Below the pieces are notes generated by a model. That model made no database searches, had not been told where the DNA came from, and saw only the letters and a list, made by a program, of their open reading frames with translations. Below, one piece after another: positions 25,723 to 39,700 of a stretch of 64,000 nt of DNA. The stretch lies in NCBI RefSeq assembly GCF_006345805.1, contig NC_043009.1, positions 21,824,001-21,888,000 of the forward strand, written 5' to 3'. This stretch comes from Octopus sinensis (lineage: Eukaryota). The stretch's first letter is position 1. Each line of letters starts with the position of its first letter. The position numbers were made by a program, and so were the translations under genes.

Positions 25723-25829
25723 TTCTTGAGAAAGAAGTTGTCAAAGAAGTACCCGAAGAGAAAGTCTCGAAAAAGAAACGGAAGGGAAAAGTACGGCGCT
25801 TTACATTTAATTCTTGCAAGCAATCATGA
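25723..25829 (+). CDS. STK11: STK11 last coding exon with polybasic tail and CAAX box
   Basis: Acceptor tcacag, phase compatible with exon 8. (V)LEKEVVKEVPEEKVSKKKRKGKVRRFTFNSCKQS* with TGA at 25827-25829. Human LKB1 ends KIRRLSACKQQ. Confidence 0.92.
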
Positions 25830-27214
25830 CATTTTGCTCTAGAATCTTTACGGCTACTGTCGTGGAAAACAATTTTATCTCTGTGACTGTCTTGAGCTTT
25901 AATCAGCACCTTCAGCTCTTACATTCAAGAAGTATGACTGCAACCCCAGTCACCCCCTTCTTTTATAAGCACGGGGATTCGCACTTCAAAGGCCAGAATA
26001 CAACCAGTGTAGCTATTCTGCCTGTAGACAGCTTTACTTACTGTATGCCACACTGAGCTCCAATAGTCTTCTAATAATTTATCAGAATCATCTCTAATGT
26101 TCTGTTGGTATTTCCTCAGCCATACGACATGCAGGCCAGTGTTAATATATATATATACAAATGATGACTACAATGCATTTTGTATTATATGCTTTACTGG
26201 CGGATTGGCAGATTTCTTAGCATTATTTAGTATTGCTATGAAAGAAAGAAAGCGAAAAGCAGATGCACTAAACAGGTAAAAACAAAACAAAAAAATTGTT
26301 CAGTAAAATTTGTGTTTTGTCCTTTGTAGCGACATGACTAATGAAGATTCAGTTTGTTTTTTTTTCTTTGGATTTTTTTTTGCTACTTGTGTCAGGAGAG
26401 AGGGTGGGTCCCCATGTCTCTTTCTCTCTCTCAGCTTTTAAACGTTTGACCACAATATTTACCTCCCTTGGCTTGAATTTTGGATTTGTATACGAGATAT
26501 ATGACAAACTGTTAGGAAGAAGATCAAATTTAAAGCAAAAAAAAAACAACACAAAAAGGTGATGAAAATATTTAAAAAAAAAAACGTACATAAGATTTTT
26601 ACGTTAATTAGGACTCAGAACCCTTTCTCCTCCTAATATTGACAGTAAAGTTGATCTTATTTTTTCTGCCCTCCCTTCCTCCCTCACCTGTTTGTAAATA
26701 GAAGTGTCTTTTTTTTTGTTATTTAGGTATTTCTGTAATTTTTTTTTGTTTTTTTATGTCTTGCTCCCTCCCGCAATCTCCCTATTAGAGAAACCAGCTT
26801 ATTTTAATTTATTTTTTCTTACTCTAATTTTTTACAAATGTTTTTCTTTTAAAGTCACGCCTCCTGCATTCCCCTTCCTTCATCAACTGTATAGTGCCAT
26901 TAATTAACTAATTAATTACATAAAATACTGCTTAGAATGGCTTGTAATGCTACTCCTATGGGCCATCTTGAATATGAAAAATGTAACTTTTTCCCCTGGC
27001 TCCCAACCATTTCCTGTCATATCTTGGTGGTGACTAATGATTTTTTTTCTTTTTTTTGTTGAATTTTCTTTACTTTTACAAGACTTTTTCCTCCCTACAG
27101 CCATTGTAGATGTCTTGTATATATATATATTTTTTTGCTTTGTTTGAGATCTCTGCCATGGGCTCTCCATTAATTCCAATATTAGTTGGACAAATTCCTG
27201 TCAGTTTTTTTTTT

Positions 27215-27255
<41 letters not shown>

Positions 27256-28017
27256 ACACATACACACATGTATGTGTCATTTACAAGAAGTTACATTTTT
27301 TTATTATATTTTTACTCATTGATTGGCCATTTGATGCCTGTTGTTATTTAACTGATCTCCTCCTTCCTCAAGCAGCAGCAACAGCAATTAGTACATATGA
27401 AAAAAAAAAAACTTAATTACTTTTCATTCATTCATTCATTCAAAAAAAAAAAACTTTTGCTATCTTGAACTGGGCAGAGTTTCTGCAATTTCAGTTCCAA
27501 AATCACAATGTATCACTGTAATCTGTACAATGTATCAATACAGTTTGGATATGAATTTAACATTGACATACTTTTTTGTCCCCCTCCCACTCTCTACTTA
27601 TTAACAACAAAAACATATTGCAACATGATAATGACTAAGAAGTGTGTATGTATAAGTATGTATGCATGTATGTGTGGTATATGTATTGTATGTGTGTGTT
27701 TGTTTGTTTGTATGTATGTATGTATATCTATACATATATGTGTGTGTGTGTGTGTGGACATACATTTAGTGCAGATGCGTATATTGTGTTTATGTGGTTT
27801 TAAAGTTTTGTGTATGTGTACATATGCTAGACCTTTTTATAATATCTGTATATATATACCAATGTAAGATAAGATACTTTTTGTTTATTGTTTTATATGA
27901 CTATACCAATATTTTTGCTTGACAAGTATGACATACATGTACAAAGACATTGTGCGTTAATGTGAATGTACCTGATGCGTTGCACATAATTACATGTATA
28001 TATGCACACACATGCAC

Positions 28018-28083
<66 letters not shown>

Positions 28084-28150
28084 AGTCTGTATTTATATTC
28101 ATTGTATGCAATTAAGCTTAATTAAACTTTAAAAAAATTAAGAAAAAAAC
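25830..28150 (+). other. STK11: Probable long 3' UTR of STK11
   Basis: Unique U-rich sequence with no SINE copy from the stop codon to about 28640. Candidate ATTAAA at 28121-28126. The end point is uncertain. Confidence 0.45.
28022..28081. repeat. (TA)n microsatellite, about 30 units
   Basis: Direct reading. Similar tracts at about 2113-2158, 8170-8215, 20398-20433, 48505-48552 and 59255-59291. Confidence 0.95.
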
Positions 28151-28776
28151 ATGACACATAAAGACCCTACTATTCTTTTGAGATTTCACGAACAATTGCT
28201 TTTTAATTCTTCTAAAAGAAAGAAAAAAACAAAGTGCACCAAACTTTTTGCCTGACAACATTGAGATAATGTAAAAAGAAAAAAGAAAGAAAAATATAAA
28301 AGTTTTAAAAACAAATGAGGTTTCTACTTTTTTCCACGTTACCATCAGATTTATTCCAACTACTTAACAATGTGTATAAAGTGATAATTTAAATGATTTA
28401 AGGGTAGTTTTGTCTTCACTGATTATTATTATTATTATTGCTTTCATTGGTCTGAAACCCCCTAATTTATTTAGTAAAAGGGCTATTACAAAATATTTCT
28501 GGGCTTATAGCAATTTATAAAATACATTTTTTTTATTGGCTTTAAACTGTAGCCCTTATTGGGTGGGGCCACACAGTTTTCTAAGGTGTTGTTAATTACA
28601 TCTTTCCCCAGCATTTTATTATGTATCAACTTCAGAACGATGAAAGACAAAGTAGAACCAGACAGAATTTGAACTCAGAACCTAAAGGGAAGTAACCATC
28701 AAATACTATGTGCTGTTTTATCTGATGCTTTACAGATTCTGCCCTCAGCCCATCTTTGTCTCTTTCTCTCTCTCAT

Positions 28777-28807
<31 letters not shown>

Positions 28808-31681
28808 TACATTGATCCTCGACATTTTTCTTAAAAGTTTCTATAACAAGCTTTCATGTGGAATATTTTACAGTATTGTAAAAAAAAAAAAACTTGTCTA
28901 TATACAACTTGTTTTTTTCTGTAACAGTATTTTAAAGAATTACTTTTTAAGATTCCCACCTAAAGTGTCTTGTTTTTTTGTCAGTGTAGAAATTTTGTGG
29001 CAAAATTGAGGGTTGGTCTGAATATGATTGCATATTTCTGTTGAGAATTTGGAGAGTGATTTGTTGGAAACAGTTGGCTGATAAACTAACTTTACAAACA
29101 TTTTGCTTGACAAATAAAGTTATTTTTACTTTGGAAAGTCTAAAGTTAAGATGGCCTTTGGCATTTTCTCAACAGCTTTGACTTCAAAATAAAAATTTTT
29201 TTAATATATCAACTTACACAATTTTTGAAATTCACTTTGGCTGCTCTTTTACTTATATATAGAATCTCTGGATTCCATTATGTTTTTTTTTTTTATGACA
29301 GCAAAATTTTGGATTTTAAACTGATTTAAGGCTCTCTCTCTCTCTCTCTCTGGCAACCTTTTTTGTGCAATTGATTGTATGTATATTTCCTTGTCGAACA
29401 TGTGGACAGTATGATACTGTGCCTCTGGACTTTGTTACCTCTTTAATGAATGAACTGGAATTTAAAATGTTCTTGTTGCTGCTAAACTTGGAATTATTTC
29501 ATTGTTATTACTCATTCAGTTTTCTGCTATTCTCAATAAAAAGGGATCAGTGTTTATTCAGCTATTATCATTATTATTTCATATCATTGTTGCCATCCAT
29601 AATGATTTTCCTTTTCCCAAGAATTCTAGGTAATGTACACCGAAACTTATAAACATTTGTTTATGCAACATGGTGTGTATTAACTGATTACATTAAAACA
29701 ATACAAAGGTGCAGGCATAGCTGTGTAGTAGGAAGATTGCTTCCAACCACATTGTTCTGGGTTCAGTTCCACTTTGTAGCACCTTGGGCAAGTGTCTACC
29801 ATACTCTTGGGCCAACCAAAGCCTTGAGTGGATTTGGTAGATGGAAACTGAAAGAAGCCCATTGTGTGTGTATGTATATATATATATATATATATGTGTG
29901 TTTGTCCCACCAACATCGCGTGACAACCGATTCTGGTGTGTTTACACTCCTATAACTTAGCAGTTCGGCAAAAGTGACTGATAGAATAAGTACTAGGCTT
30001 ACAAAGAATAAGTCCTGGGGTTCATTTGCTTGATTAAAGGCCGTGTTCCAGCATGGCTGCAGTCAAAATAACAAACAAATAAAATATATGTGGCTGTTTC
30101 CACCACTACTGTTTGACAACCAGTGTTGGTGTGTTTACATCCTCATACCTTAGAGGTTCAGCAAAAGACACCAATAAAATAAATACTGGGCTTTAAAAAA
30201 AAATAAACAATTGGGTTCAATTCATTTGATTAGAAAATTCTTCAAGGCAGTGCTCCAGCATGGCCACAGACAAATATAAAAGATAAGGATTATTATTAAT
30301 GTAGGCTTGGGAGGGGCTGTGTGGTTAAGAAATTTGCTTTCAAACCACATGGTTCCAGGTTCAGTTTCATTGTGTGGCACATTGCCCAAGTGTCTTCTAC
30401 TATAGCCTCAAACCAACCAAAGCATTGAGTGGATTTGATAGATGGAAACTGAAAGAAGCCCATCATATGTGAGTGAATGTTTGTGCTCCCTTGCCGTGAC
30501 ATTGCATGATTATTGTAAATGAATGTCATTGATTTTTAATATTCTGACCCATGAAAAAATGGATGTGAAACCAATGATGCAAATGTTAAAAATCATCACC
30601 ATTGGAATTATTATTATGGTGATGGTGGCAAGCTGGCAGAATTGTTAGCACGCTAAACAAAATTTACATTCCGAGTTCAAATTCTGCCAAAGTCAACTTT
30701 GCCTCTCATTCTTTCAGGGTTGATAAAATAAGTACCAGTTGAGTTGTGGGGGACTGATATATTTGACTAGCTCGCTCCTCCAAAATTGCTGGCCTTGTGC
30801 CAAAATTTGAAACAATTATTATCATCATGGTGAGTTGGTAGAACTGTTGGCGCACAGCAGAGAAAATGCTTATCAGCATTTCTTCTGGATCTGTAGAGTC
30901 CGAGTTCAAATCTCACTGAGGCCAACTTTACCTTTTTATCTTTTCAGGGTTGATAAAATAAAGTACCAGTTATGCACTGGGCTTGAAATAATCAACTTGT
31001 CCTTTCTCACTGAATTTACCAACTTTGTGCCAAACTTTGAAACTATCCTTATTAGTAAGTTGGAGGGAGATAGTGGCTAAATCATTGGTGCGTCAGACAA
31101 AACAGTTAACAGCATTTCTTCTAGCTCATACCCTAAGTTCAAATTCTGCCAAGGCCAACTTAGCCATTTGATCATTTCAGAATTGCTAGCCTTGTGCCAA
31201 CATTTGAAACTGCCAGGGTTGACTCTGCCTTTCGTTCTTTCGAGGTTGAGCACTGGAGTGTGAAAAAGCGGTGAGCTGGCAGAATTGATAGCTTACTGGG
31301 CAAAATGCTTGGTAGCATTTTGTCAGTCTATACATTCTGAGTTCAAATTCCACAAAGTTTGAAATCGTTAAGTCAATGAGCTAGCAGATTCGTTAGCATG
31401 ATAAACAAATTGCTTTGTAGTGTTTCATTTTGCTCAAATCTCAGCAAGGTCAATTTTGCTTTTCACCAAAAAAGGAGGGAAAAAAAAAGACCAATCAAAT
31501 ACTGGGGGGTGGGGGTAATTAGTTTGCCTTTCTCCTCAAAAGTTATTGGTCCTGTGCCAAAATCAGAATTATTTTCTTTCACTTGCTAAAATATTAGTTT
31601 TTGTTGATGCACAGAAAAAGACCCAACCAAAAGCATTGCTTATTCAAAGTGAATTATTTGCTCTTTTCTTTACTGTCTTTC

Positions 31682-31904
31682 TTAACCCTTTCGATACCAA
31701 TCAGGCTGAAACTGGCTCTGAGTACAAATGTCTTGTTGCCATAAGTTTTCGATTAAAATCTTCCACCAAACTTTAGTCAAAATTTACGTTCCTAACACTA
31801 GCTTAATGATAACTAAGTTATTTTACTAACTTCTTTGTTATATTTAAAATCAATTGAAAGAAACATAGAACATCTCAAAATAAATACAGTAACAAAAGGG
31901 TTAA
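31682..31904 (+). mobile_element. piggyBac-type MITE with TTAA target duplication
   Basis: TTAA-CCCTTTCGATAC ... GTAACAAAAGGG-TTAA. The same family occurs at 60664-60870, 60894-61122 and 17383-17600 (reverse). Confidence 0.85.
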
Positions 31905-33756
31905 ACACTTGGTCTCTTGTCATTAAGCTTGTTTTGTAATAATTAAACATAACCTTGCCATTGGCATTTATAAACAAACTTTTAAGCCATTCCTAAGAAG
32001 AACAGTGACTAACAGCAATTAATTGTTCTCAAATTTATACAGACTTCCTTTCAGATTCCTTGGAGTTAATTATCTACTAACGATTAACATTTATTATTCC
32101 AATTTAGATAGACATTGATATCGTAGTATCATTTTTTTCTTTGCTTTTGTTAGTGTTGAAGACATCTCGTAGTTCATTGATTATAGGTACAAGTGTGATT
32201 GTGTTGTTAGAGAAGTTTGCTTCCCAGCCACATGGTTTCAGGTTCTTATCCACGGCATAACTGACACCTTGGAAAAGTGTCTTCAAGTGTAACCCCAGGC
32301 TGACTAAAGCTTGATGAGTGGGTTTCATTGACAGAACTTGAAAGAAGCTTGTGCTGAGGATGATATACTGTTACTTGTTTCAGTTATTTGTCCATGCTGG
32401 GGCACCGCCTTTAGTCGAACAAATCAACCCCAGGACTTATTCTTTGTAAGCTTAGTACTTATTCTATCGGTATCTTTTTACTTAACCGGTAAGTTACAGG
32501 AACGTAAACACACCAATATCAGTTGCCAAGCGATGGGGTGGGAGACACACACATATATACAACGGGCTTCTTTCAGTTTCTGTCTAACAAATCCACTCAC
32601 AAGGCTTTAGTAGAAGACACTTGCCTAAGGTGCCATGCTGTGGGACTGAACCTGGAATCATGTGGTTGGTAAGCAAGCTACTTACCACACAACCACTCCT
32701 ACACCTATATAATATTGGTATTTGTTTCTTATGCAAGCAAGAAGGTGAAATTTGCTCCTGGTTCACATGGTTTTAACTTCAGCCCTACTGCATGGTGCCT
32801 TGGGCAAGTATCTTCTTTTATAGTCCGTGTGTGTGTATATATTACTTACTTTTAACTCACTATTGTGTATGTTGATTTTTACTGTTGTATACATTTGGGC
32901 ACATGGCATATTCAATTCACATTTGTAAGGTCATGAGTTCAATTTCCGGCAATGTGTTTGTGTCCTTGAGCAAGACACTTTATTTCACATTGCTCCTGTC
33001 CACTCAACTGCCTTGGCCAAGTATCTTAACCCAATTGGATCCAGTTAAACCAACCAACTTGTGCCAGCATGGAATATGAATGTTCAATGATGATGATGAT
33101 TTGAAAAATTTGTGCGAAGTGCACCTTATCGACCTGCACTTCCTTAAAACATATTGTAGCTCTTACTTAACTTAATTATGGCTTCCAAGTTAAAGTTGGG
33201 GAGAGTTAAAAAAAAAAACAAAGTACCATTATTTTCATTTTCTACTTTCCTATGCCTGCAGGAGTCAGACAATTTTGTTGAGGTAGATTATACTACATCA
33301 AGCAGCTCTTCCTGTCATCAGCACTTGTTTCCAAGCAAGTAAATATTTCCCCATGCCCAAACAGGTTTTCACCGAGAACTGGAAATGAACGACACTGCCT
33401 GTACAACAGTGATACTTGTTTACAACTATCCAGTGATGAAATGGACTCCATTCAATTTCCATCAACCAAATCCTTGGTTTGTCAGAGGCTATACTAAAAG
33501 ACAAACTTGCCCAAGGTGCCACACAGGGGACTGAACTAAAAACCACACAGTTGGAAGACACACTTCTTAACCACACAGCCAGTATCATCCCTCTGGAATT
33601 CTCTCCTTACAACTTTGGAAGGGAAATAGTACACTCATTCATCTCCCCAGTTTCAGAAGGCATCCGATGGCCACATGCACAATGCCTTCCTTCTTTGAAA
33701 CCAATCAAAAGAAAGCAAAAAATTCATAATCAAAATAGTTTAAAGAACTGCAGTGG

Positions 33757-33945
33757 TTAACTGCTAGGTTTTAATCGAGTACATACATCACTTGCTTTCT
33801 CTTTTGAATTTTCTAGTTTCGCTATGCGGGATCCAAACTGAATGGCTCTTTTAGGCTGCACAGCAGTCTTAGTGAAACCAAGTTTAAACGAGCATAACCG
33901 TAGCAATAACTTTTCACCAATACCTCGCAGCAGAGTCAGGTCCAC
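33757..33945 (-). CDS. ASNSD1: ASNSD1 last coding exon
   Basis: Acceptor tccag. [62 protein letters not shown], with the conserved GEKLLLR and [13 protein letters not shown]. Confidence 0.96.
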   Translation of the reverse strand: MDLTLLRGIGEKLLLRLCSFKLGFTKTAVQPKRAIQFGSRIAKLENSKEKASDVCTRLKPSS

Positions 33946-34007
33946 CTGGAGAGAAAGAGCAGAGGAAAAAAAAATATATATATATTTGCTATAAATATAT
34001 AAATAGG

Positions 34008-34360
34008 TGCAGGAGTGGCTGTGTGGTAAGTAGCTTGCTTACCAACCACATGGTCCCAGGTTCAGTCCCACTGCATGGCACCTTGGGCAAGTGTCTTCTA
34101 CTATAGCCTTAGGCCAACCAAAGCCTTGTGAGTGGATTTGGTAGACGGAAACTGCAAGAAGCCTGTCGTATATGCATACGTATGTGTGTGTCTGTTTGTC
34201 CCCCCCAACATCGCTTGACAACTGATGCTGGTGTCTTTACGTCCCAGTAACTTAGCAGTTCAGTAAAAGCGACCTTACAAAGAATAAGCTCTGGGGTCAT
34301 TTTGCTCAACTAAAGGCGGTGCTCCAGCATGGCCGCAGTCAAATGACAAACAAGTAAAAG
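34008..34360 (+). mobile_element. tRNA-derived SINE family A (CORE-like), representative copy
   Basis: Head with A box TGGCTGTGTGG and B box GGTTCAGTCCC, CORE-like CCTTGGGCAAGTG, an internal (TA)/(TG) microsatellite and tail ...cagtcaaatgactgaaacaagtaaaaga. Other copies at about 1713-2106(-), 7236-7645(-), 24725-25075(+), 25078-25422(-), 29708-30085(+), 32375-32702(-), 35062-35428(-), 39257-39555(+), 50262-50640(+), 52325-52705(-), 53600-53950(+) and 54620-55030(+). Confidence 0.88.
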
Positions 34361-37300
34361 AGATAAATAGATATAATAAATATATATTATATCTATTGAA
34401 AAAATAATGAGAATATTTTATTTTTTTTACTTTTTCCTTATTCTCTCTCTCTACTCACCCTCTTGTACCTTGAGGGTATATCCTGATGCATCATCACCTC
34501 AATCCTTCCTTCCTTTCCTGCTCAGGTAGCCATGTATCTCCTCAACAGCAAGACACCTATTCCTGTTTCTCTTTCCCACTTTAGCCTCTAACACCTGGCA
34601 CAAAGCTACCTCCCTAAATATTGCACCCCCCCACCACTTTGTGAAGTGGTCTTGTGCTGCATGTTACTTGGTGACTCCTCTAGTGCTGGTGCCACAAAAA
34701 AGCACACAGTGTACTGCAAAGTAGTTGGCATCCAACTGTTGAAACCTTGCCAAAGCAGACAATAGAGACCAACATACCCCAGGTTAGTAGGATCCTGTCA
34801 AACTGTCCAATCCAAGCCAGCATAGAACAAGGACATTAAACAATGGACCCATGGAAATTCCACAGATCAAAAATGATTAAGGGAAGTTATTTGAGAAAGA
34901 AAGGATGATTTGCATTTTATTTTGCTAAGTTATTTCACTTCCAGTCACAATAATGTATTTACAATTTTGAAATTTCCCTCTGCTAAGCACTTTATATTTC
35001 TCTATACCTCTTCAACAAACTTTTTAACTGTAATTCCCCTCTTTCTTTCATTTTTCTTTTATTTGTTTTAGTCATTTGACTGTGGCCATGCTAGAGCACC
35101 GCCTTTAGTCGAGCAAATTGACCCCAGGACTTATTCTTTGTAAGCCTAGTACTTATTCTATCCGTCTCTTTTGCCATGCTACTAAGTTACGGGGACTTAA
35201 ACACACCAGCATCGGTTGTCAAGCGATGTTGGGGGGACAAACACAGACACACAAATATATATACATATATACGACGGGCTTCTTTCAGTTTCCATCTACC
35301 AAATCCACTCACAAGGCTTTGGTCAGCCTGAGACTATAGTAGAAGACACTTGCCCAAGGTGCCATGTAATGGGACTGAACCTGAAACCATGTGGTTCGTA
35401 AGCAAGCTACTTACCATACAGCCACTCCTATGCCTATCTATCTTTCTTTAACCTCACCACCCAGAACATCCCCCTCTGCCAAATATTATATCCTAATCAT
35501 ATCTCTTTCTCTTTACCCTTTCCTTCTCCACCCTACTGCATGTTGTTAACACTTCTCTCACCCTCTTTTCTCTCGTTTTTTGCCTCTTCCTTCAACCAAC
35601 CACATAATGCATTTGGCCTTAGTATATTATTACACTCCTCTCTTCTTTCTTCTCTGCTCACATTCCTCCCTCTCTCTCTCTCATTTTTACTCCACCTCCA
35701 CAACTGGAGTATAACAGGCGTATGAACAAGCAAATTATTATATAGATATTAATACATCTCTTTCAGAGGCTTAAATATCTTTTTACGGGCTTAACTAAAA
35801 GGTAAGCACACACACACACACAACAGGGATTTCAGGCTACCAAATTTTACTCCAATGGCATTGGTCAAGCAGCGGTGTTGATTGAAGAAACTTCTTAACT
35901 ATATTCATATTCATGATGTGTAATATATTTGACTTGTCCTTTTATTGTGTTTGGAAATTTAGTATAGCTAAGGTGCTCTTTAAACCAAGATCTTTGGGCA
36001 CAGTTAAAATTGATTTTGCTAACATTAATAGTGTTTTATTTTATCAATTCCCAGAAGGATGAAAGTCAACTTAACCAAGTTTCAAATGCAGAATGCGTGT
36101 CACCAGACTTGATGCTTTAATGGTCAACCTGTACAACTTAGAAACCAGAGAAAGCAGCAAGAACCAAATTGATGCAATAGATTCTCAAATAAAATGCTTT
36201 TAAATCTTTCTGTTTAATTCTATGAAAGAGAGAGAGGAACACACACAATGGTCATGAATGTAATAAGGTACAGCACGTATTTACTGACCACAGGGTGATG
36301 AGATTGCACCTTATTCATCATAACCATTGCGTTGTCCTTGTAGGTAAGGTATAATATAACTTTTACATGTCTCAGTTGGAGTTTTTTTTCTTGATTAGGT
36401 TCAATACTATGCAAATTATTCCTTTTGATATTAAACAAATATTGGTTTTTATATACCCCAGCTGGAAAGGGTCAGGAACAGGTGCCTTGCTGTAAAGGAG
36501 ATTACATGGCTATCCCAGCTGGAAAGGGAGAAAAGGATGGTGGAAATGAGGTAATACCTTCAAGGCCCCATAGAGGTAGACAGAATGTGAATAGGGGTAG
36601 CAAACTGAAGGTGGGTAGATGGATGGGTCTGAGAGTTTGGAAAAAAAATCCACTTATATTTTTAATATGGGTAAAACTGATGTCAAAAGTCCTAGATGGG
36701 GGATATAGTTCAAATTGTGTGTGTATATATATATATATACCTCAATCTATCTACAGCAATGGTTCACAACCATTTTTTACCTATGGACCCCCTTTGAATC
36801 CTAGTCTATTCTACTGGAGCCCCATAACCATTTGATGTTTAAACAAAATCCTTTTATATTTTTATAATATTATTAGGAATTGCATAAAAAAATTAAAGTA
36901 TCTTATTGTTTGTAGAACCAATTTATAGCACATAAACTTTAGCAACAAAATCATGTGGACCGCCAAGGGTCATATGAACCTCAGATGATAACCACTGATC
37001 TAGGTAAACACATACATATAGCCATATATCTTCTCTACAGAAAGACACATGTTTGTGTCCCTTTATCATATTTCAGCCTCTGAGTATGAGGCATAAAGCC
37101 ATCCCCTTTCAATACTATACCTCCTCCTACTTAGTTTCAAGGTCTTGTTTTTGTGAGCTGTTTGGTGACTTCACTTGTGCCAGTGTCATGCAACAAACAA
37201 ACACCCTGTACACACTGTAAGGTAGTTGGTATTAAGAAGGGCATCGAAAGTAGACATTAGAGTTCAATGCAGTCATGTAGCTTGCCAGCAGAGAAGACAA

Positions 37301-38195
37301 ATGTGAAATGATGATGATATACATCAACATCATTTAATGTCCATTGTCCATGCTGGCATGGGTTGGACGGTTTGACCAGAGCTGGGAAGTGGCACGAGGC
37401 TCCAATCTGATTTGACATGGTTTCTATAGCCAGATGCCCTCCCTAATACCAACCACTCTACAGAGTGTGCAAGGTACTTTTACATGACACCAAACAGGCA
37501 CTTTATAGATATATATATATAGGGGTAGCTTATCCTGTTCAGGCTATATTATTAGCATTATCCTGCATTTGAGAATTTAAAAAATCACTTCTTTAATTTT
37601 CTAAGACATCTCAACGCTTCTAAAGCAAACTTCGTTTGTTTGTTTACGTTCATTGTAATTTGAATTTATATATATATACATACATCATCGGAAATGCCCA
37701 TATTCCATGCTACCATGGGTTGGACATGGATCCAGCAAATTGTACATTCACCCGTGTGACAGCTATGGTTTTTATGTTTCTGTATAATATAAATATACTA
37801 GTGCATGCATATACAGCTGCGTGCATGCGCACATACATGCGAGTACTGTCCAAATCTCCGACCAATCACATTCAGCTAGCTGGCATTCAATTGGCATATC
37901 AAGTTTCGGGCATTTTGATTGGGTTTTGGATAGAAAATTCACAAAAAAGTCACTTCTATTGATTGTTTAATGGCTTTGCGTGGTGACTGGGGAAATGTAA
38001 AGATGTGCACGACCACCCTTGGACGGTTTTGAATGACCATAGAAAGTGCGAGCCCGCTAACTGAAAAATTGTGGATTTGTGTAAAGGATACGCGCACGCA
38101 TACAGACATTTTGCCGTTTATATATATAAGAATTTTTTGCGTAATAAGATAAAAAACCAAGGCTGTGTAGATATTAGAGCATTTATATATAGAAG

Positions 38196-38243
38196 GTCTT
38201 ACAGCTGTTTCTAGGATATTTATTATATCCCTTCATCGGAGAC
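38196..38243 (-). ncRNA. Minimal type I hammerhead ribozyme motif (Penelope/retrozyme style), with variant core
   Basis: Reverse complement gtct-CCGATGA-agggatat-aataa-atatccta-GAAA-cagctg-TA-agac. Stem I GTCT/AGAC, 7-bp stem II, palindromic stem III CAGCTG, cleavage triplet GUA. Core U4 is C. Confidence 0.7.
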
Positions 38244-38253
38244 GGTGTGTGTG

Positions 38254-38294
<41 letters not shown>

Positions 38295-39700
38295 ACCAGT
38301 GTCTTTGAAAGGCTTATTTCTACAAACAAAATAATCCCATTTGATGCATTTAAATCCTTAATCTAGTATTCAGTAGACATGCTTTGTGCAGCTTTTAATG
38401 ATTTACCACCTGTTTGGGCATCATACAAATGAGTCGTGTCTGCACAGATAAAGCAGTATAATGAGGGGTGTCTATTTACTTTTCAGTTGTCTGTGAATGT
38501 ATATATAGGTTCAAAATTCACAACAGCTGTTTCTGCATGGTTGTTGATGAACTAGTCACCTATTTCTACCCGACCTGTTTATCTGCTTAAAATTTACCTG
38601 ATGATGGCATGTTTTTGCCATGATGTAATTTAAGAATGCATCAATAAAATGCTACTGAAACAGATGAGAATTTTTAACCCCACTTGTGTTCTTTTACACA
38701 TACACTACATTTGGAATTATCCCTAGGTGAGATATACAGCTTATATTGGATTGGGTACTTATGTGTATACCTATGTCATCATCATCATCTAACGTCCACT
38801 TTACGTACTGGCATGGGTTAGACAGTTTGACTGGAGATGATAATGGCTGCACCAGGTTCCAATCTGATTTGGCATGGTCTCTACACCTGGATGCCCTTCC
38901 TAATGCCAATCTCTCCAAGAGTATAATGAGTGCTTTTATGTGCCAATTACATGACAACGGCATCGGCCACGACTACAATTTCACTTGACATGACGAGTCT
39001 TCTCAAGCACAACGTATTACCAAAAGTCTCAGTCACTTGTCGTTGCCTCTGTGAGGCCCAGATAAATGTGTGTATTTATATAGGCAGTTTAATACTTACA
39101 GTTTAATACCAATGAATGACAACTATAAGGAGTTGTGCTTCAATGTACTTTTGACTCAATTCTAAGTATTTAACCAATCCTGGTGTTCCACATGATATAT
39201 CTAGATTCTAATGAATCCTGCAAATGATCTATATGTGTATATATATATATATATATGCACAGGAGTGGCTGTGTGGTAAGTAGCTTGCTTACCAACCACA
39301 TGGTTCCAGGTTCATTCCCACTGCGTGGCACCTTGGGCAAGTGTCTTCTACTATAGCCTCGGGCCGACCAAAGCCTTGTGAGTGGATTTGGTAGACGGAA
39401 ATTGAAAGAAGCCCATTGTAACTTAGCCGTTCGGCAAAAGAGACCAATAGAATAAGTACTAGGATGACAAAGAATAAGTTCTGGGGTCGATTTGCTCGAC
39501 TAAAGGTGGTGCTCCAGCATGGCCACAGTCAAATGACTGAAACAAGTAAAAGAATAAAAAAGAAAAAGATATATAAAATCTCTGCTCATGGAAAGCCATT
39601 AACGTTACAAGAAATGGTTCCAACTGAGAATCAAAATCAGAGCACTGGATTAACTTGCAACCAAATCCACAGAATTAATCACCTTAACAAAGGTCTAGAG

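Noticed and set aside
34008-34080. tRNA-like heads of SINE families A-D as real tRNA genes
   Set aside because: They keep the A and B boxes but do not form complete cloverleaves, and they continue into SINE bodies.
38597-38630. CTGATGA plus a stem II-like hairpin (tggca/tgcca), a possible third hammerhead
   Set aside because: GAAA, stem III and the UH site are missing. At most a deleted relic.
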